DNA of 64,000 nt from Spirulina sp. (GTDB lineage: Bacteria; Cyanobacteriota; Cyanobacteriia; Phormidesmidales; Phormidesmidaceae): the NCBI GenBank assembly GCA_044070495.1, contig JBIPSI010000026.1:12416-76415 (forward strand). Direction: 5' to 3'. The position numbers and the translations under genes were made by a program. This document shows, piece after piece, positions 10,262-20,126 of this stretch (within the stretch, counting starts at the first letter, position 1; every line of letters begins with the position of its first letter). The notes below the pieces were generated by a model, which did no database searches, was not told the origin of the DNA, and saw only the letters and a list, made by a program, of their open reading frames with translations.

Positions 10262-11131
10262 CTATTCCACCATTCGCATACTCAAATCGAGCCAAGGGGC
10301 GCGGGTGATGGGGGCGCTGCTGGAGATAAAATCTACCCCGGTTTCGGCAATGGGGCGTAGGGTATCTAGGGTGACATTGCCGGAGGCTTCGATTTTGATG
10401 CGGGGATTGGCCTGCCGAATGGTTTGCACCGCTACGGCCATTAAATTGGGGGGCATGTTATCTAGCATGATGATATCTACCCCGCAATCTAGGGCCTCTT
10501 TCACCTGGGCTAAATCGGAGGTTTCGACTTCGATGTTGAGAGTGTAGGGGATGGTTTTTCTCACCTGATCCACCGCCGCCCGAATGCCCCCCGCTGCGGC
10601 AATGTGGTTGTCTTTAATCATCACCGCATCGTCCAACCCCAGACGATGGTTGCAGGCCCCGCCCACACGGGTGGCGTATTTTTCTAGCAGGCGCAGACCA
10701 GGGGTGGTTTTGCGGGTGTCTACAAACTGGGTAGGATAGTTCGCCAGGGCATCCACATACTGCCGAGTTGCCGTGGCAATGCCGCTCAGTCGCATGGCCA
10801 CATTCAGGGCCACCCGTTCCCCCATCAGCAGAGTAGCGAGCGATCCCCGCAGCCTAGCCACCACGGTTCCCGGTTCACAAAACACCCCCTCAGGGACTTG
10901 GGGATCAAAGCCCGACTCTGGATCCAGCAAATAAAACACCCGTGCGGCAATCGGTAAACCCGCCACGATCCCCGGAGCCTTGGCCACCCAGATCGCTTCC
11001 CCCGGTTGCCGCGCCAAGTCCCCCAGCCCCGCCGTAGACCAATCCCCTCGGCCAATGTCCTCTTGCAGCCAGCTTTGTAGAGGGGGATCCAGGAGAATGG
11101 CGGGCAGGGAAAGGGGTAAATCGGCGGGCAT
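10262..11131 (-). CDS. nadC: Nicotinate-nucleotide diphosphorylase (carboxylating)
   Basis: DTRKTTPGLR, NHRLGLDDAVMIKDNH, IMLDNM, EASGNVT. Confidence 0.97.
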   Translation of the reverse strand: MPADLPLSLPAILLDPPLQSWLQEDIGRGDWSTAGLGDLARQPGEAIWVAKAPGIVAGLPIAARVFYLLDPESGFDPQVPEGVFCEPGTVVARLRGSLATLLMGERVALNVAMRLSGIATATRQYVDALANYPTQFVDTRKTTPGLRLLEKYATRVGGACNHRLGLDDAVMIKDNHIAAAGGIRAAVDQVRKTIPYTLNIEVETSDLAQVKEALDCGVDIIMLDNMPPNLMAVAVQTIRQANPRIKIEASGNVTLDTLRPIAETGVDFISSSAPITRAPWLDLSMRMVE

Positions 11132-11199
11132 AACGTAATTTTTTCTTTACGAAGGGTGAATTGCTACCACAGCCGAAAAGACTGTGTTACCTTAACCAC

Positions 11200-11482
11200 T
11201 AATGCTGACAAGACCAGCAGGAGAACCCTTGAGATTGTACCCTTTAGTCCTTCAGGAGGTGATGCCCATGCAAGAGAGTAGTAAACGTATGGGTCTTCAG
11301 GTTAACGAAAGCCGGCTGTGCACCGGGGCCGTTCTCTAAGACTCAGTGTTCGCCTAGCGAACTAAGCTTCTGAAGCTGGCTGATAAGGGTTCCTCCCGGC
11401 AGTCAGGTTTAACCGAAGATCCAGCTAGACCGCCCTCGCCTTTGAAGAGTTTCTCTTCCCTAGGCAGGGCGGATAGTTTTTG
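11200..11482 (+). ncRNA. Candidate ~280-nt sRNA or dual-function transcript
   Basis: Extended -10-like TGtTACCTT near 11185-11193. Terminal hairpin CCGCCCTcGCCT...AGGCAGGGCGG followed by a T-run (~11430-11482). No long ORF. Confidence 0.45.
11268..11339 (+). CDS. Micro-ORF, 23 aa (MQESSKRMGLQVNESRLCTGAVL)
   Basis: Perfect SD AGGAGGT (11254-11260), 7 nt before the ATG; stop TAA at 11337-11339. Confidence 0.4.
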   Translation: MQESSKRMGLQVNESRLCTGAVL

Positions 11483-11525
11483 GGGATGCTTTAGGATCAG
11501 GGGGTTGAACTACGGAATCTCCACT

Positions 11526-11807
11526 ATGGCTACCCTATTAACAACTGAAGCCATTCAAGCCAAGCTTACCCAACTGCCCGACTGGAACCTCAACGGCAAG
11601 ACGATTACCTGCACCCGCACCTTCAAAAATTTCATTGCGGCGGTGGATTTTGTGAACCGTCTGGTGGAACCCGCTGAGGCGGCAGGCCATCACCCCGACC
11701 TCTCCATTTCCTACAACAAGGTCGTGATCGAACTGAGCACCCACGATGCGGGTGGGCTGACAGAAAAAGATTTTGCCCTCGCCCAAACCATCTCAGCGAT
11801 TGATTAA
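11526..11807 (+). CDS. phhB: Pterin-4-alpha-carbinolamine dehydratase
   Basis: AEAAGHHPD and LSTHDAGGLTEKDF motifs. Start trimmed to ATG 11526. Confidence 0.92.
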   Translation: MATLLTTEAIQAKLTQLPDWNLNGKTITCTRTFKNFIAAVDFVNRLVEPAEAAGHHPDLSISYNKVVIELSTHDAGGLTEKDFALAQTISAID

Positions 11808-11820
11808 CCTGTACCACAAG

Positions 11821-11882
11821 ATCCCAGGGTTCTTGAGCGAGGGTAAAGACTTAGGGCTGGCCCAGCATCAGAACCCTGGGAT
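11821..11882. repeat. Inverted repeat between convergent genes
   Basis: ATCCCAGGGTTCT ... AGAACCCTGGGAT, a perfect 13-bp stem. Confidence 0.6.
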
Positions 11883-12004
11883 TTGTCTTGGCGAGTAGGT
11901 CAACTTTGGATTTGTGCTCTCCTAGGGTGGCAGGGCGAAGAGGCAGGGCGAGGAAACCTCACCCCTACGGTATTCTTAGGTTTGGAATCCGGGGATCGCA
12001 GTTT

Positions 12005-12661
12005 TTACCAGTCGCCGGACATCACCGCTAGGGTGTCTCCGGCCAGGGTCATCAGGGTGATGGGCAGGGATGGGCCTTGCTCTTGACGAGGAAACTGCAC
12101 GAGTTGAAGCCCAGATTCGGCGGGTTCTACGGTAATCACATAGTGATTCTGTTGCCACTGCACCCCCACCAATCGATGGTGCATCAGCCAGACCTCGGCG
12201 AGGTAGCCCTGGTTGATGGCCTCCGGTTGGTTGCCCTCATAGCAGGCCCAGGTTTGATCCACCACCGTCCACAACCCCGATAGATACAGGGGATCGGTGC
12301 GGGCGCTGAGGCCGTAGGTGGTGAAGGAAAAAATCTCGTGGCTCCACCAATCTTTGGCCACGCTCAGCAGCGGCTCGGACTGTAGGGCAGCGCCGTACTG
12401 GGGAATGGTTTGCAGATGTTTTTGCTGGGTTTGGGTGGAGGGCCGTTGCCAATCGGGCAGATCTAGGCAAACCTCTACCGGCAGCGCATTCTCTGAAAAC
12501 TGGGGATTAACAAACTGGGGATCAACGGATTGCGCTTGGGCCACCGATGGAGGGATGGCGGACAGAGGAAGCGATTGATTCAAACCTCCCGCCGTACCCA
12601 AAACCGCAGCCGTCATTAACGCTAAGGAAAATGGTCGAGTTATGGTCTCAAAAATAGCCAT
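12005..12661 (-). CDS. Hypothetical exported protein
   Basis: 218-aa ORF with a signal-peptide-like N-terminus. Confidence 0.7.
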   Translation of the reverse strand: MAIFETITRPFSLALMTAAVLGTAGGLNQSLPLSAIPPSVAQAQSVDPQFVNPQFSENALPVEVCLDLPDWQRPSTQTQQKHLQTIPQYGAALQSEPLLSVAKDWWSHEIFSFTTYGLSARTDPLYLSGLWTVVDQTWACYEGNQPEAINQGYLAEVWLMHHRLVGVQWQQNHYVITVEPAESGLQLVQFPRQEQGPSLPITLMTLAGDTLAVMSGDW

Positions 12662-13201
12662 TGATTGGAGTTGCTTAGGGAGTTAACTATAGAAATGGAG
12701 GGGTAGAGCATCCGTTGGCAAACGAGCCTTGATCGGATAGAACGATCAACGCTAACCCAAGGGGCTAGACTATCTCTGGAGTGAAGCTACTAAAAGCAAG
12801 GCCAAGGGTGACTTGACCCTAACCCGCTGACGGTGAATCTGTAGCGTTCAAAACGACCGATACCGCCGTGGCCTCAGCTTCAAAGGCAAACGCTATGTAT
12901 CGCAGACGAACTATGCAAAACCAAACTATGGGCTTGTTCTAGCGTCGGCTACCCATCGCTGATGGCGATTTCCGGTGAGCAATTCATCCATTAGGAGAGA
13001 GCCTCCCAACTCCTAGCCAAGCTTGCCCTAGAATCGCTTCCTAGGCGGCGGCTACGGCATTGCTCGTTGGTAAATCAATACAATACTAAGATAGCGGTTT
13101 CGGTTCAAAATTTACGCCTCTGGGGAGTATTTTTTGGAGATTTTTTAGAATTTACTGGGCGGCCCTAAACCATGACCGTGGGCCGTTATGATCCCCGTCG
13201 C

Positions 13202-14305
13202 CTAAACAACGCTCGCTTCAGGCAAAATCAGCATGGCATCGCCAAAGGAGTAGAACCGATAGGCCTCTTGGATGGCGGTGTCGTAGAGGCTGAGCAGGCG
13301 CTCGCGACCAATCAGGGCACTAACTAGCATCATCAGGCTGGATCCGGGCAGGTGGAAATTGGTAATCAGGCCATCAATCACCCGAAACTGGTAGCCCGGA
13401 TAGATATAGAGATTGGTTTTGCCATGGAGCGGTGCTAGCGATCCCCCTTGGGCGGCCCCTTCTAGGGCACGCACCACGGTGGTGCCCACAGCAATCACCC
13501 GTCCGCCGTTGGCCTTGGTGGCCAGGATTTTCTCCACGGTGTCGGCAGGAAGGTCAATCCATTCGCCGTGCATTTTGTGTTCGAGGATGTTCTCAGCTTC
13601 CACGGGCCGAAAGGTGCCCACCCCCACATGGAGGGTCAACTGGGCACGGGCGATCCCCCGTTGGTCTAGCCCCTCGAAGACCTGGGGGGTGAAATGCAGT
13701 CCGGCGGTGGGTGCGGCGACGGCTCCGGGCGTTTCGGCATAGATGGTTTGGTATTGCTCTGGGGAGGCGGTGGTGTCGGTGATGTAGGGGGGTAGGGGGA
13801 CATTACCCAACCGCTCGAACAGGGCATAGAGGGATTCCCCTGGAGTCGGATTTTCACCCACCTCAAACCGCAGCAGGCGACCATTGGTGTCGGCATCGGT
13901 TTCCAAAACGTAGGCGATGAGTGCTGGCTTTTCCGGGTTTTCGCCAAAGTGGATGATCGCCCCCGGCTTCAGGCGACGACCGGGTTTGACTAGGGCCAGC
14001 CATTGGTGATGGCCCTTTTCCTCCAGCAAAAAGACTTCGACCTTAGCTCCCTCTGGTTTGTACCCTAGCAGCCGAGCGGGGATCACTTGGGTATTGTTCA
14101 CCACCAGCAGATCCCCCGGTTGCAGCAGGTTGGGGAGATCATAGAAATGCTGATGGCGGTAACTGGTGCGGGAATCGACCACCAACAGCCTCGACCTATC
14201 CCTTGGGGTGACAGGGTTTTGGGCAATGCGCTCCGGCGGCAAATGGTATTGATAGGCGGCGAGGGTGTAGTCGGCGGCGGCGATATCGGGGTTTTGGGCG
14301 GACAT
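13202..14305 (-). CDS. queA: S-adenosylmethionine:tRNA ribosyltransferase-isomerase
   Basis: [39 protein letters not shown]. Confidence 0.98.
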   Translation of the reverse strand: MSAQNPDIAAADYTLAAYQYHLPPERIAQNPVTPRDRSRLLVVDSRTSYRHQHFYDLPNLLQPGDLLVVNNTQVIPARLLGYKPEGAKVEVFLLEEKGHHQWLALVKPGRRLKPGAIIHFGENPEKPALIAYVLETDADTNGRLLRFEVGENPTPGESLYALFERLGNVPLPPYITDTTASPEQYQTIYAETPGAVAAPTAGLHFTPQVFEGLDQRGIARAQLTLHVGVGTFRPVEAENILEHKMHGEWIDLPADTVEKILATKANGGRVIAVGTTVVRALEGAAQGGSLAPLHGKTNLYIYPGYQFRVIDGLITNFHLPGSSLMMLVSALIGRERLLSLYDTAIQEAYRFYSFGDAMLILPEASVV

Positions 14306-14417
14306 AGGTCAGGAAGGTTGGGTGTATCCACCCAGTGCAGGACGGGGGGAATGCCCCTAACGGGAACTGTATCAAGACGCAACAATAGAAATGTAGCACC
14401 TGGTCAAAGGTCATCCG

Positions 14418-14807
14418 ATGGAATACACCTACTATCTCGCGAACGCTAGTCTGACCCTCCGAGTGGTCGAGCATTTGCTGGGCACTCCCAGGCTACCCCT
14501 CGAATTTATGACGGTGATCCACCAGATTGACGGCTGGGTGATCCGCATCAAAATGAACGACAGCATTTGCGCCGACGACTCCGAAGATTTTCGAGCCTAC
14601 ATGAACGAACTGGGCATTGCCTACGATCCCGGTATCCGCGTTCGCATGGCTCTGTGGGGGCTAGAAACGGGCCAGTCTCCGGTAGATGTGATGCGCCGCT
14701 ACCAGGTGGCCATCGTGTCCCACGGTCGGCCTGATCGCGATGAAATTGAAGCTTTCCGCCGCCAGTTTGTGATGGGGCTGGGCTATTGCCCCGAAACCCT
14801 GGCCTAG
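14418..14807 (+). CDS. Conserved cyanobacterial hypothetical protein
   Basis: 129 aa (YLANASLTLRVVEHL...GLGYCPETLA) with host-like codon usage, followed by a terminator. Confidence 0.75.
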   Translation: MEYTYYLANASLTLRVVEHLLGTPRLPLEFMTVIHQIDGWVIRIKMNDSICADDSEDFRAYMNELGIAYDPGIRVRMALWGLETGQSPVDVMRRYQVAIVSHGRPDRDEIEAFRRQFVMGLGYCPETLA

Positions 14808-14935
14808 GGTTCCTGATGTTGAGTGCCCCTACCCTGGTGTGATGATCTAGATTCAAGAATTCTGCATTAGCTGAATGAGCAGCATGAACTGAATTCACAA
14901 GTTTGTCCGGTTCAACCATGATGCAATCTCCGCAG

Positions 14936-14962
14936 AGGACGGTCTTAGGACTGTCCTTTTTT
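14936..14962 (+). terminator. Intrinsic terminator
   Basis: AGGACGGTC-ttag-GACTGTCCT stem followed by a T-run. Confidence 0.6.
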
Positions 14963-14992
14963 ATGGGATGGCATTGGATCGGGTTGGGAGTT

Positions 14993-15268
14993 TTAAGGAA
15001 ACTTTCGATAGATATCTCGACGATGTCGAACACGCATAAATTCGATAGTGCAGCTTTTGTTATCGATCTTCATGCCAACTCGACACAGTCCAAATCGTGC
15101 CTTTTAATAATCATTGGAGCCGACTAACTTTTCTAATTTCCCTGTCCCAAATGGATTTTCTTGTACCGAAGTGCCGAAGACAAAAGCTTCTATGATCTTA
15201 CGTGAAGACTCTGGAACTTTGGCAAGTTCCTTGTAAAAGGTCTTGGTATACCGAACCTGCCAAACCAT
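14993..15268 (-). pseudogene. RelE/ParE-family toxin with a premature stop
   Basis: Manual translation gives MVWQVRYTKTFYKELAKVP...LEKLVGSNDY*KARFGLCRVGMKID...RVRHRRDIYRKFP. In-frame TAA at 15104-15106. The ATG overlaps the upstream stop (TGATG). Confidence 0.85.
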
Positions 15269-15564
15269 CAGGACTCCTCAGCCAGAAAGGCACGATAGAT
15301 CTCCATGCCTTCGGCTTTTTCATAGAATTCATCCCCTTCTACGGCTTCGATTAGATCAGCAAAGGCTTCATCTTCCATCCAGTCCAGCAAGGTTTGGGGC
15401 GTTGTATTTAACAAATCAGCTAGGGTAAAAACGGAAAGCTTAGGCTGATCCTCAAAAAACAAAACTCCCGGCAGGGCTTTTTGTTCAATAAACTTTAGCA
15501 GTAGAGCAGGTTCTGTGCCTAAAAGCGTTGCTGAGGTATTGAGGTCTAGGGTTAAAACTGGCAT
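15268..15564 (-). CDS. Putative antitoxin (acidic C-terminus)
   Basis: 98 aa, translationally coupled directly upstream of the relE-like gene. Confidence 0.65.
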   Translation of the reverse strand: MPVLTLDLNTSATLLGTEPALLLKFIEQKALPGVLFFEDQPKLSVFTLADLLNTTPQTLLDWMEDEAFADLIEAVEGDEFYEKAEGMEIYRAFLAEES

Positions 15565-15748
15565 ATAACGCCTCGATCCGTAGGGTGTGTTGATGGAATT
15601 CTATACCTCCATGGTACGAACAATGTCAGACTGGAGCCAGGGGGCTAGAGCCAAATCGCCGATTGAAAGCCTACCTTGGAGAATGACTAGGATCGTAGCG
15701 AATGGTATACCGGAGTTCCGCCAGTCCGGGGCCGAGGTTGGGGCTTCA

Positions 15749-16384
15749 TCAGGCGGCGACGGGCTGGCTGGCACATTGACCGAGACGCTGCAAAATACTC
15801 AGCACGGCATAGAGGTCGTTACCCTGTTTGCGTAGGGTAAATTCATCGGATAAAGCATAGCGGGGATCCTCCCCTCTGACCAGTTTGATGAAGATAAAGT
15901 GGCTACCATTGGTTACTAAACCAAAGGCGGGCCTGGAATCCTGGGGCTGAGCGAACAGATAGGCGAGGGCTTGGGGGAGCGCCACCCTCACATCAAGCCC
16001 CTGGCGCTTCGACTCAACCACCGTGACCCACAGGGTTTGATGCAAAATCAGCACATCAATGCGACCCCGAGCCAGGTCGTCCCCGTCGGGGATCGTCACC
16101 TCAATGGGTTCCTCGGCCCTAGGCAAAAAGGGAGGACGGCACAACCCCGCCAAGGACAGCAACGGAGCCAGCACCACCAGCTTAACGATCTCCTCGTGGA
16201 GAGGGTGCTTGGCCAAGGCCAAAAAATCCGCTTTGACCTGATCAAGCCACTGCCGATCCGCCACCGCCAGATTCGGCATCACCGATTGCCACTCTGGGAA
16301 AAAGTGAGGATCCTCCACTTGGCGTAGGCCAAACGTGGCTTCTACCTCCGCGAGGCTGAGGGACTTGGCAGGCAGTACCGTCAT
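15749..16384 (-). CDS. Standalone HsdR-N-terminal-like / PD-(D/E)XK nuclease-fold protein
   Basis: GRIDVLIL...VVESKR...QALAY...GLVTNG motifs. Confidence 0.75.
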   Translation of the reverse strand: MTVLPAKSLSLAEVEATFGLRQVEDPHFFPEWQSVMPNLAVADRQWLDQVKADFLALAKHPLHEEIVKLVVLAPLLSLAGLCRPPFLPRAEEPIEVTIPDGDDLARGRIDVLILHQTLWVTVVESKRQGLDVRVALPQALAYLFAQPQDSRPAFGLVTNGSHFIFIKLVRGEDPRYALSDEFTLRKQGNDLYAVLSILQRLGQCASQPVAA

Positions 16385-16563
16385 GACATTGAGGAAACGC
16401 TAGGTCTGATCATAGCCCTCGGGGCAATGGGTGGCTGAAAAATGGTACGGACATCCCATTCGCCCAGAATAGCGACAGGTGACCTGGCAACCATCGATGA
16501 AAAATTGACAGCCGCCCAAAAAATTCGTTTGATGAGCACATTCTCTATCTTCCACCATCTGCC

Positions 16564-18144
16564 ATGGCTGCTGCTTCCGTTCAATCGGGTCGAGGGGTGA
16601 TTGCGGCGGGGCATCCGCTGACGGCTGAATCTGGGGCCGAGATGCTGCGCCAGGGAGGGAATGCCTTTGATGCGGCGGTGGCGGCGGCGTTTACGGCCTG
16701 CATTACCGAGTCGATTTTGACCTCGCTGGCGGGGGGAGGCTTTTTGTTGGCCCACACCGCCGAGGGCGAAAACCGCCTGTTCGACTTTTTTTGCCAAACG
16801 CCCCGGCACAAAATTCCCGCCGACCAGCTTCAGTTTTTCCCGATCCAGGCCAACTTTGGCGACACGGTGCAAGAGTTTCACATTGGCCTGGGTTCCGTGG
16901 CGGTACCGGGAACCTTGGCCGGATTGTTGACGGTGCATGAACAACTCGGACGCTTGCCCCTCAAAACCATCGTGGCTCCGGCTCAACACTGGGCGACTAA
17001 GGGGATTACGGTTAACGGGTTCCAAGCCTACTGTTACCAGCTTTTGGCCCCCATCCTCACCGCCACCCCCGCCGCCCAAGCGATCTATGCGCCCAAGGGC
17101 ACCCTACTCCAGCAAGGCGAGGTGTTTGGCCTGCCAGACTTTGCCGCCCTGCTCGATCAGATTGTAGATCAGGGTGCCGAGATACTGTACGACGGGCCGC
17201 TGGCCGACCAGATTATCCACGCCTGCGAAGCCCAGGGCGGTTATTTAAGGCGGGATGATCTGAGGCAGTACCAGGTGATTGAGCGCCAACCCTTGGCGAT
17301 CCCCTACCGGGATGCGCTGCTGCTGACCAACCCACCCCCCAGTTCCGGCGGGGCGTTGATTGCCTTTGCGCTAGAACTCTTGGCCACCGCCGATCTTGCC
17401 GACCACGGCAGCCCCCGCCATGTGGCCACCCTGCGCGAAGTCATGCGCCTCACCAACCTAGCCCGCCAGGATGGCTACGATGCCCACCTCTATCGGACGG
17501 ACGTTTTAGAGGAGTTTCTCGGTTCCCAGCACCTTGCGCCCTATCGCCAGCAGCTTATCGATGCCATGGGATCCACCGCCTGCAACAAGTGGGGCAGCAC
17601 CACCCACATCAGCGTTATTGATGGCGAGGGCAACGCCGTCAGCATGACCACCTCCAACGGCGAAGGCTCGGCCTACGTGATCCCCGGCACCGGGGTGATG
17701 CTGAACAACATGCTGGGGGAAGAAGACCTCAACCCCAACGGCTTTCACCAGTGGCAGCCCAACCAGCGGATTTCGTCGATGATGGCTCCCACGATGGTTT
17801 TAGAGCAGGGCAAGCCTCGGCTGGTGTTGGGGTCGGGCGGGTCGAACCGGATTCGCACCGCCATTTTGCAGGTGGTTTCTAACGTGCTGGACTTTGGCAT
17901 GGATATCGAAGCCGCCGTCACCGCCCCCCGCATTCATTGGGAACGGGGTGCCTTTCATTTAGAACCGGGCTACGACCGCGAGATCCTTGCACATCAGGGC
18001 ATTGGCATCGAAGACGACTGTACCTGGTGGCAAGCGCCCAATATGTTTTTTGGCGGTGTCCATGCGGTGGCTCGGTCTGAGTCGGGGGAATTTTCTGGCA
18101 TTGGCGATGCCCGCCGCAGTGGGGCCTGGGTGGCGGTGGAATAG
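16564..18144 (+). CDS. ggt: Gamma-glutamyltransferase
   Basis: GGNAFDAAVA, catalytic Thr in STTHISVID, SSMMAPT, GSGGSNRI. Confidence 0.93.
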   Translation: MAAASVQSGRGVIAAGHPLTAESGAEMLRQGGNAFDAAVAAAFTACITESILTSLAGGGFLLAHTAEGENRLFDFFCQTPRHKIPADQLQFFPIQANFGDTVQEFHIGLGSVAVPGTLAGLLTVHEQLGRLPLKTIVAPAQHWATKGITVNGFQAYCYQLLAPILTATPAAQAIYAPKGTLLQQGEVFGLPDFAALLDQIVDQGAEILYDGPLADQIIHACEAQGGYLRRDDLRQYQVIERQPLAIPYRDALLLTNPPPSSGGALIAFALELLATADLADHGSPRHVATLREVMRLTNLARQDGYDAHLYRTDVLEEFLGSQHLAPYRQQLIDAMGSTACNKWGSTTHISVIDGEGNAVSMTTSNGEGSAYVIPGTGVMLNNMLGEEDLNPNGFHQWQPNQRISSMMAPTMVLEQGKPRLVLGSGGSNRIRTAILQVVSNVLDFGMDIEAAVTAPRIHWERGAFHLEPGYDREILAHQGIGIEDDCTWWQAPNMFFGGVHAVARSESGEFSGIGDARRSGAWVAVE

Positions 18145-18178
18145 GTAAATTCCAACGTCCAAAGCCTCCAAAACGCCG

Positions 18179-18252
18179 GTACAGAAACCCGGTTTCTACT
18201 CTTGAAAAGGCCAAATCTCGTAGGTACACCGACGAAGAAACCGGGTTTCTCT
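18179..18252. repeat. Dispersed palindromic repeat, family B copy 1
   Basis: AGAAACCCGGTTTCT...AGAAACCGGGTTTCT. An inverted near-copy lies at 59811-59884. Confidence 0.8.
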
Positions 18253-18270
18253 CAAGCCTGACCCGATGCC

Positions 18271-19305
18271 CTAGGCCAAGGGATCGGTGGGGTCAAGGGT
18301 AAGGGAAACCCCATTGAGAAGAAATTCCCCGCCAAGGCCATGGCCCGTGCCAGCGCAGGGCGGACAGGTAAAGGCCATGGGAGCCTGGGTTCTGGGGTGG
18401 GTAAAGGTGAGGTGATGGGCCTGGAGCCAGTAGCCGAGATCCCCTGGCACGGGGATCGCCTGTTCTGCCAAGGACGCTGGGATTTTGGGTAGGCCACCGA
18501 TGCCGTAGAGGGGATCACCCAGCAGGGGATAGCCCACCGCCGCCAGGTGAATGCGGATTTGGTGGGGTCGTCCGGTGCGAATGGTGACCTCTACCAGGTT
18601 AGCCACCGGGGATCGCTGGAGGACGCGGCCCTGGCTGAGGGCAAAACGCCCCTGGGAGCTGGCGGCATAGACCTGGCCCAGCAGAGGATGATCCACGGGG
18701 CCGATGGGGGTCGTTATGGTGAAGGCGTCGGGCAGATCCCCCGGTGCGGCCAGGGCGCGATAGGTTTTGACGATGTGGTGGGGCGCTTGGGGATCCTGGG
18801 CGGTGGCGGTGTCTTGCCGCAGTTGGTGGCTCAGCACGGATCGCGCTAGGGGCGACCGGGCTAGCAGCATTAACCCAGAGGTGCCCCGCCCCAGGCGATG
18901 GATGGGAGTCGGCGTCTGGTGGGGATAGCGCACCTGCAACTGATGGAGCAGGGTGTGGGTCAGAAAATTTCCTCCCGGTAGCACGGGCAGGCCGCTGGGT
19001 TTGACAATTACCAGCAGGTCGGCATCTTCGTAGATCACGTCAAAACTGAGGGGCACCGGGGGTTCGGCCCAGGGCGGACGGTGATACTCCAAGCGATCCC
19101 CTGCTGCCAAAACTAGGTTGGACTGAAGTACCTCCCCATTGCGATGAATCTGTCCTAATTCCAACCGCTCGGCCCACTCCTCCAAGCTGGAATGGCGGTA
19201 GCGTTCGCCATAGTAGACCAGCACCGAAACCCCAGCCTGAGCCGCCGCAATCCGGTCTTGGTAGACCCAACCTTGGTTAAAATTAGCGTCGCTAACGTCG
19301 GTCAT
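18271..19305 (-). CDS. RluA-family pseudouridine synthase
   Basis: KPSGLPV, HRLGRGTSG, TGRPHQIRIHLA, GDPLYG. Confidence 0.9.
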   Translation of the reverse strand: MTDVSDANFNQGWVYQDRIAAAQAGVSVLVYYGERYRHSSLEEWAERLELGQIHRNGEVLQSNLVLAAGDRLEYHRPPWAEPPVPLSFDVIYEDADLLVIVKPSGLPVLPGGNFLTHTLLHQLQVRYPHQTPTPIHRLGRGTSGLMLLARSPLARSVLSHQLRQDTATAQDPQAPHHIVKTYRALAAPGDLPDAFTITTPIGPVDHPLLGQVYAASSQGRFALSQGRVLQRSPVANLVEVTIRTGRPHQIRIHLAAVGYPLLGDPLYGIGGLPKIPASLAEQAIPVPGDLGYWLQAHHLTFTHPRTQAPMAFTCPPCAGTGHGLGGEFLLNGVSLTLDPTDPLA

Positions 19306-20012
19306 CCCAGCCGTTTTACCCGTTCCTTGGCCTCTTGACGCTGCTGGCGGGCCATGCGGAAGAGTTCTTGCCCGGTGTGCAGGTAGGAGGGTTCGTAACT
19401 GTAGGTGAAGCGCTCAATTTCCTCTAGGCCGTCTTCCAGTTGGCCGAGGCAGTGGTAAATATCGGCGGCTACTCCGGCGGTGCTGGCGGGGTTGGCCATG
19501 GATTGAAACTTGGTTTTGGCCTGGTCTAGCCAGGTGCCGCACTGCTCTAGGTAGGCTTGGAACGCTTCCATCAGCTCGTCGTCGAAGGGGTCGGCGGAAA
19601 GCTTGCGGACTTCGGTTTTGAGGGGAGACAGAATCTTGCCAATCAGCCGATCCACCGGGCCGTAGACCAGTTTCAACCAGGCATCTTCCTGGGCCTCGGA
19701 GGACTGGCTGGCCTGCCGATGACGTTTGTAGGCGGCCTGCATATCGGCAGTGCGTTGGGTGCGCTGCTGGGCAGTTTCCTCGCGGCTGGCCCCCGATAGC
19801 CCCTGGCGTTCGCGGTCGTACCGCACCCGACGGGCGGGGTCGCCAATCACCTCGTAGGCGCTGTTGATGCGGGCAATGTGGTCGTGGGAGGCCGTATCGG
19901 TTTGGCTGTCGGGATGGAACTGCTTGGCCAAACGACGATAGGCCCGTTTGATTTCCGCCTGGGTCGCCGCTTCGTGAACTTCGAGGATTTGGTAGTGGGT
20001 TTGCTGTGCCAT
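19302..20012 (-). CDS. DnaJ-domain protein
   Basis: N-terminal J domain with HPD (AYRRLAKQFHPD). Confidence 0.9.
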   Translation of the reverse strand: MAQQTHYQILEVHEAATQAEIKRAYRRLAKQFHPDSQTDTASHDHIARINSAYEVIGDPARRVRYDRERQGLSGASREETAQQRTQRTADMQAAYKRHRQASQSSEAQEDAWLKLVYGPVDRLIGKILSPLKTEVRKLSADPFDDELMEAFQAYLEQCGTWLDQAKTKFQSMANPASTAGVAADIYHCLGQLEDGLEEIERFTYSYEPSYLHTGQELFRMARQQRQEAKERVKRLG

Positions 20013-20126
20013 AGGGCCATTGTAAAAGAGGCTCTGGGAGAAGAAAAGGACAGGGCTTTAGGTGGGGTTGTCCGAAATCAGCTCCCTTAGCGATGATGAT
20101 TAGACTAGCCCTTTACCCTGAAAGCC

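Noticed and set aside
12662..13200. Riboswitch or ncRNA in a 540-bp intergenic region
   Set aside because: I could not identify a known aptamer consensus, a convincing terminator or an ORF.
14548..15127. ORF-track ORFs 14548-15033 (-) and 14903-15127 (+)
   Set aside because: Both overlap a real gene or the relE pseudogene in other frames; treated as shadow ORFs.
15749..16384. Type I restriction-modification system
   Set aside because: Only a stand-alone HsdR-N-like domain is present; no helicase, hsdM or hsdS nearby.
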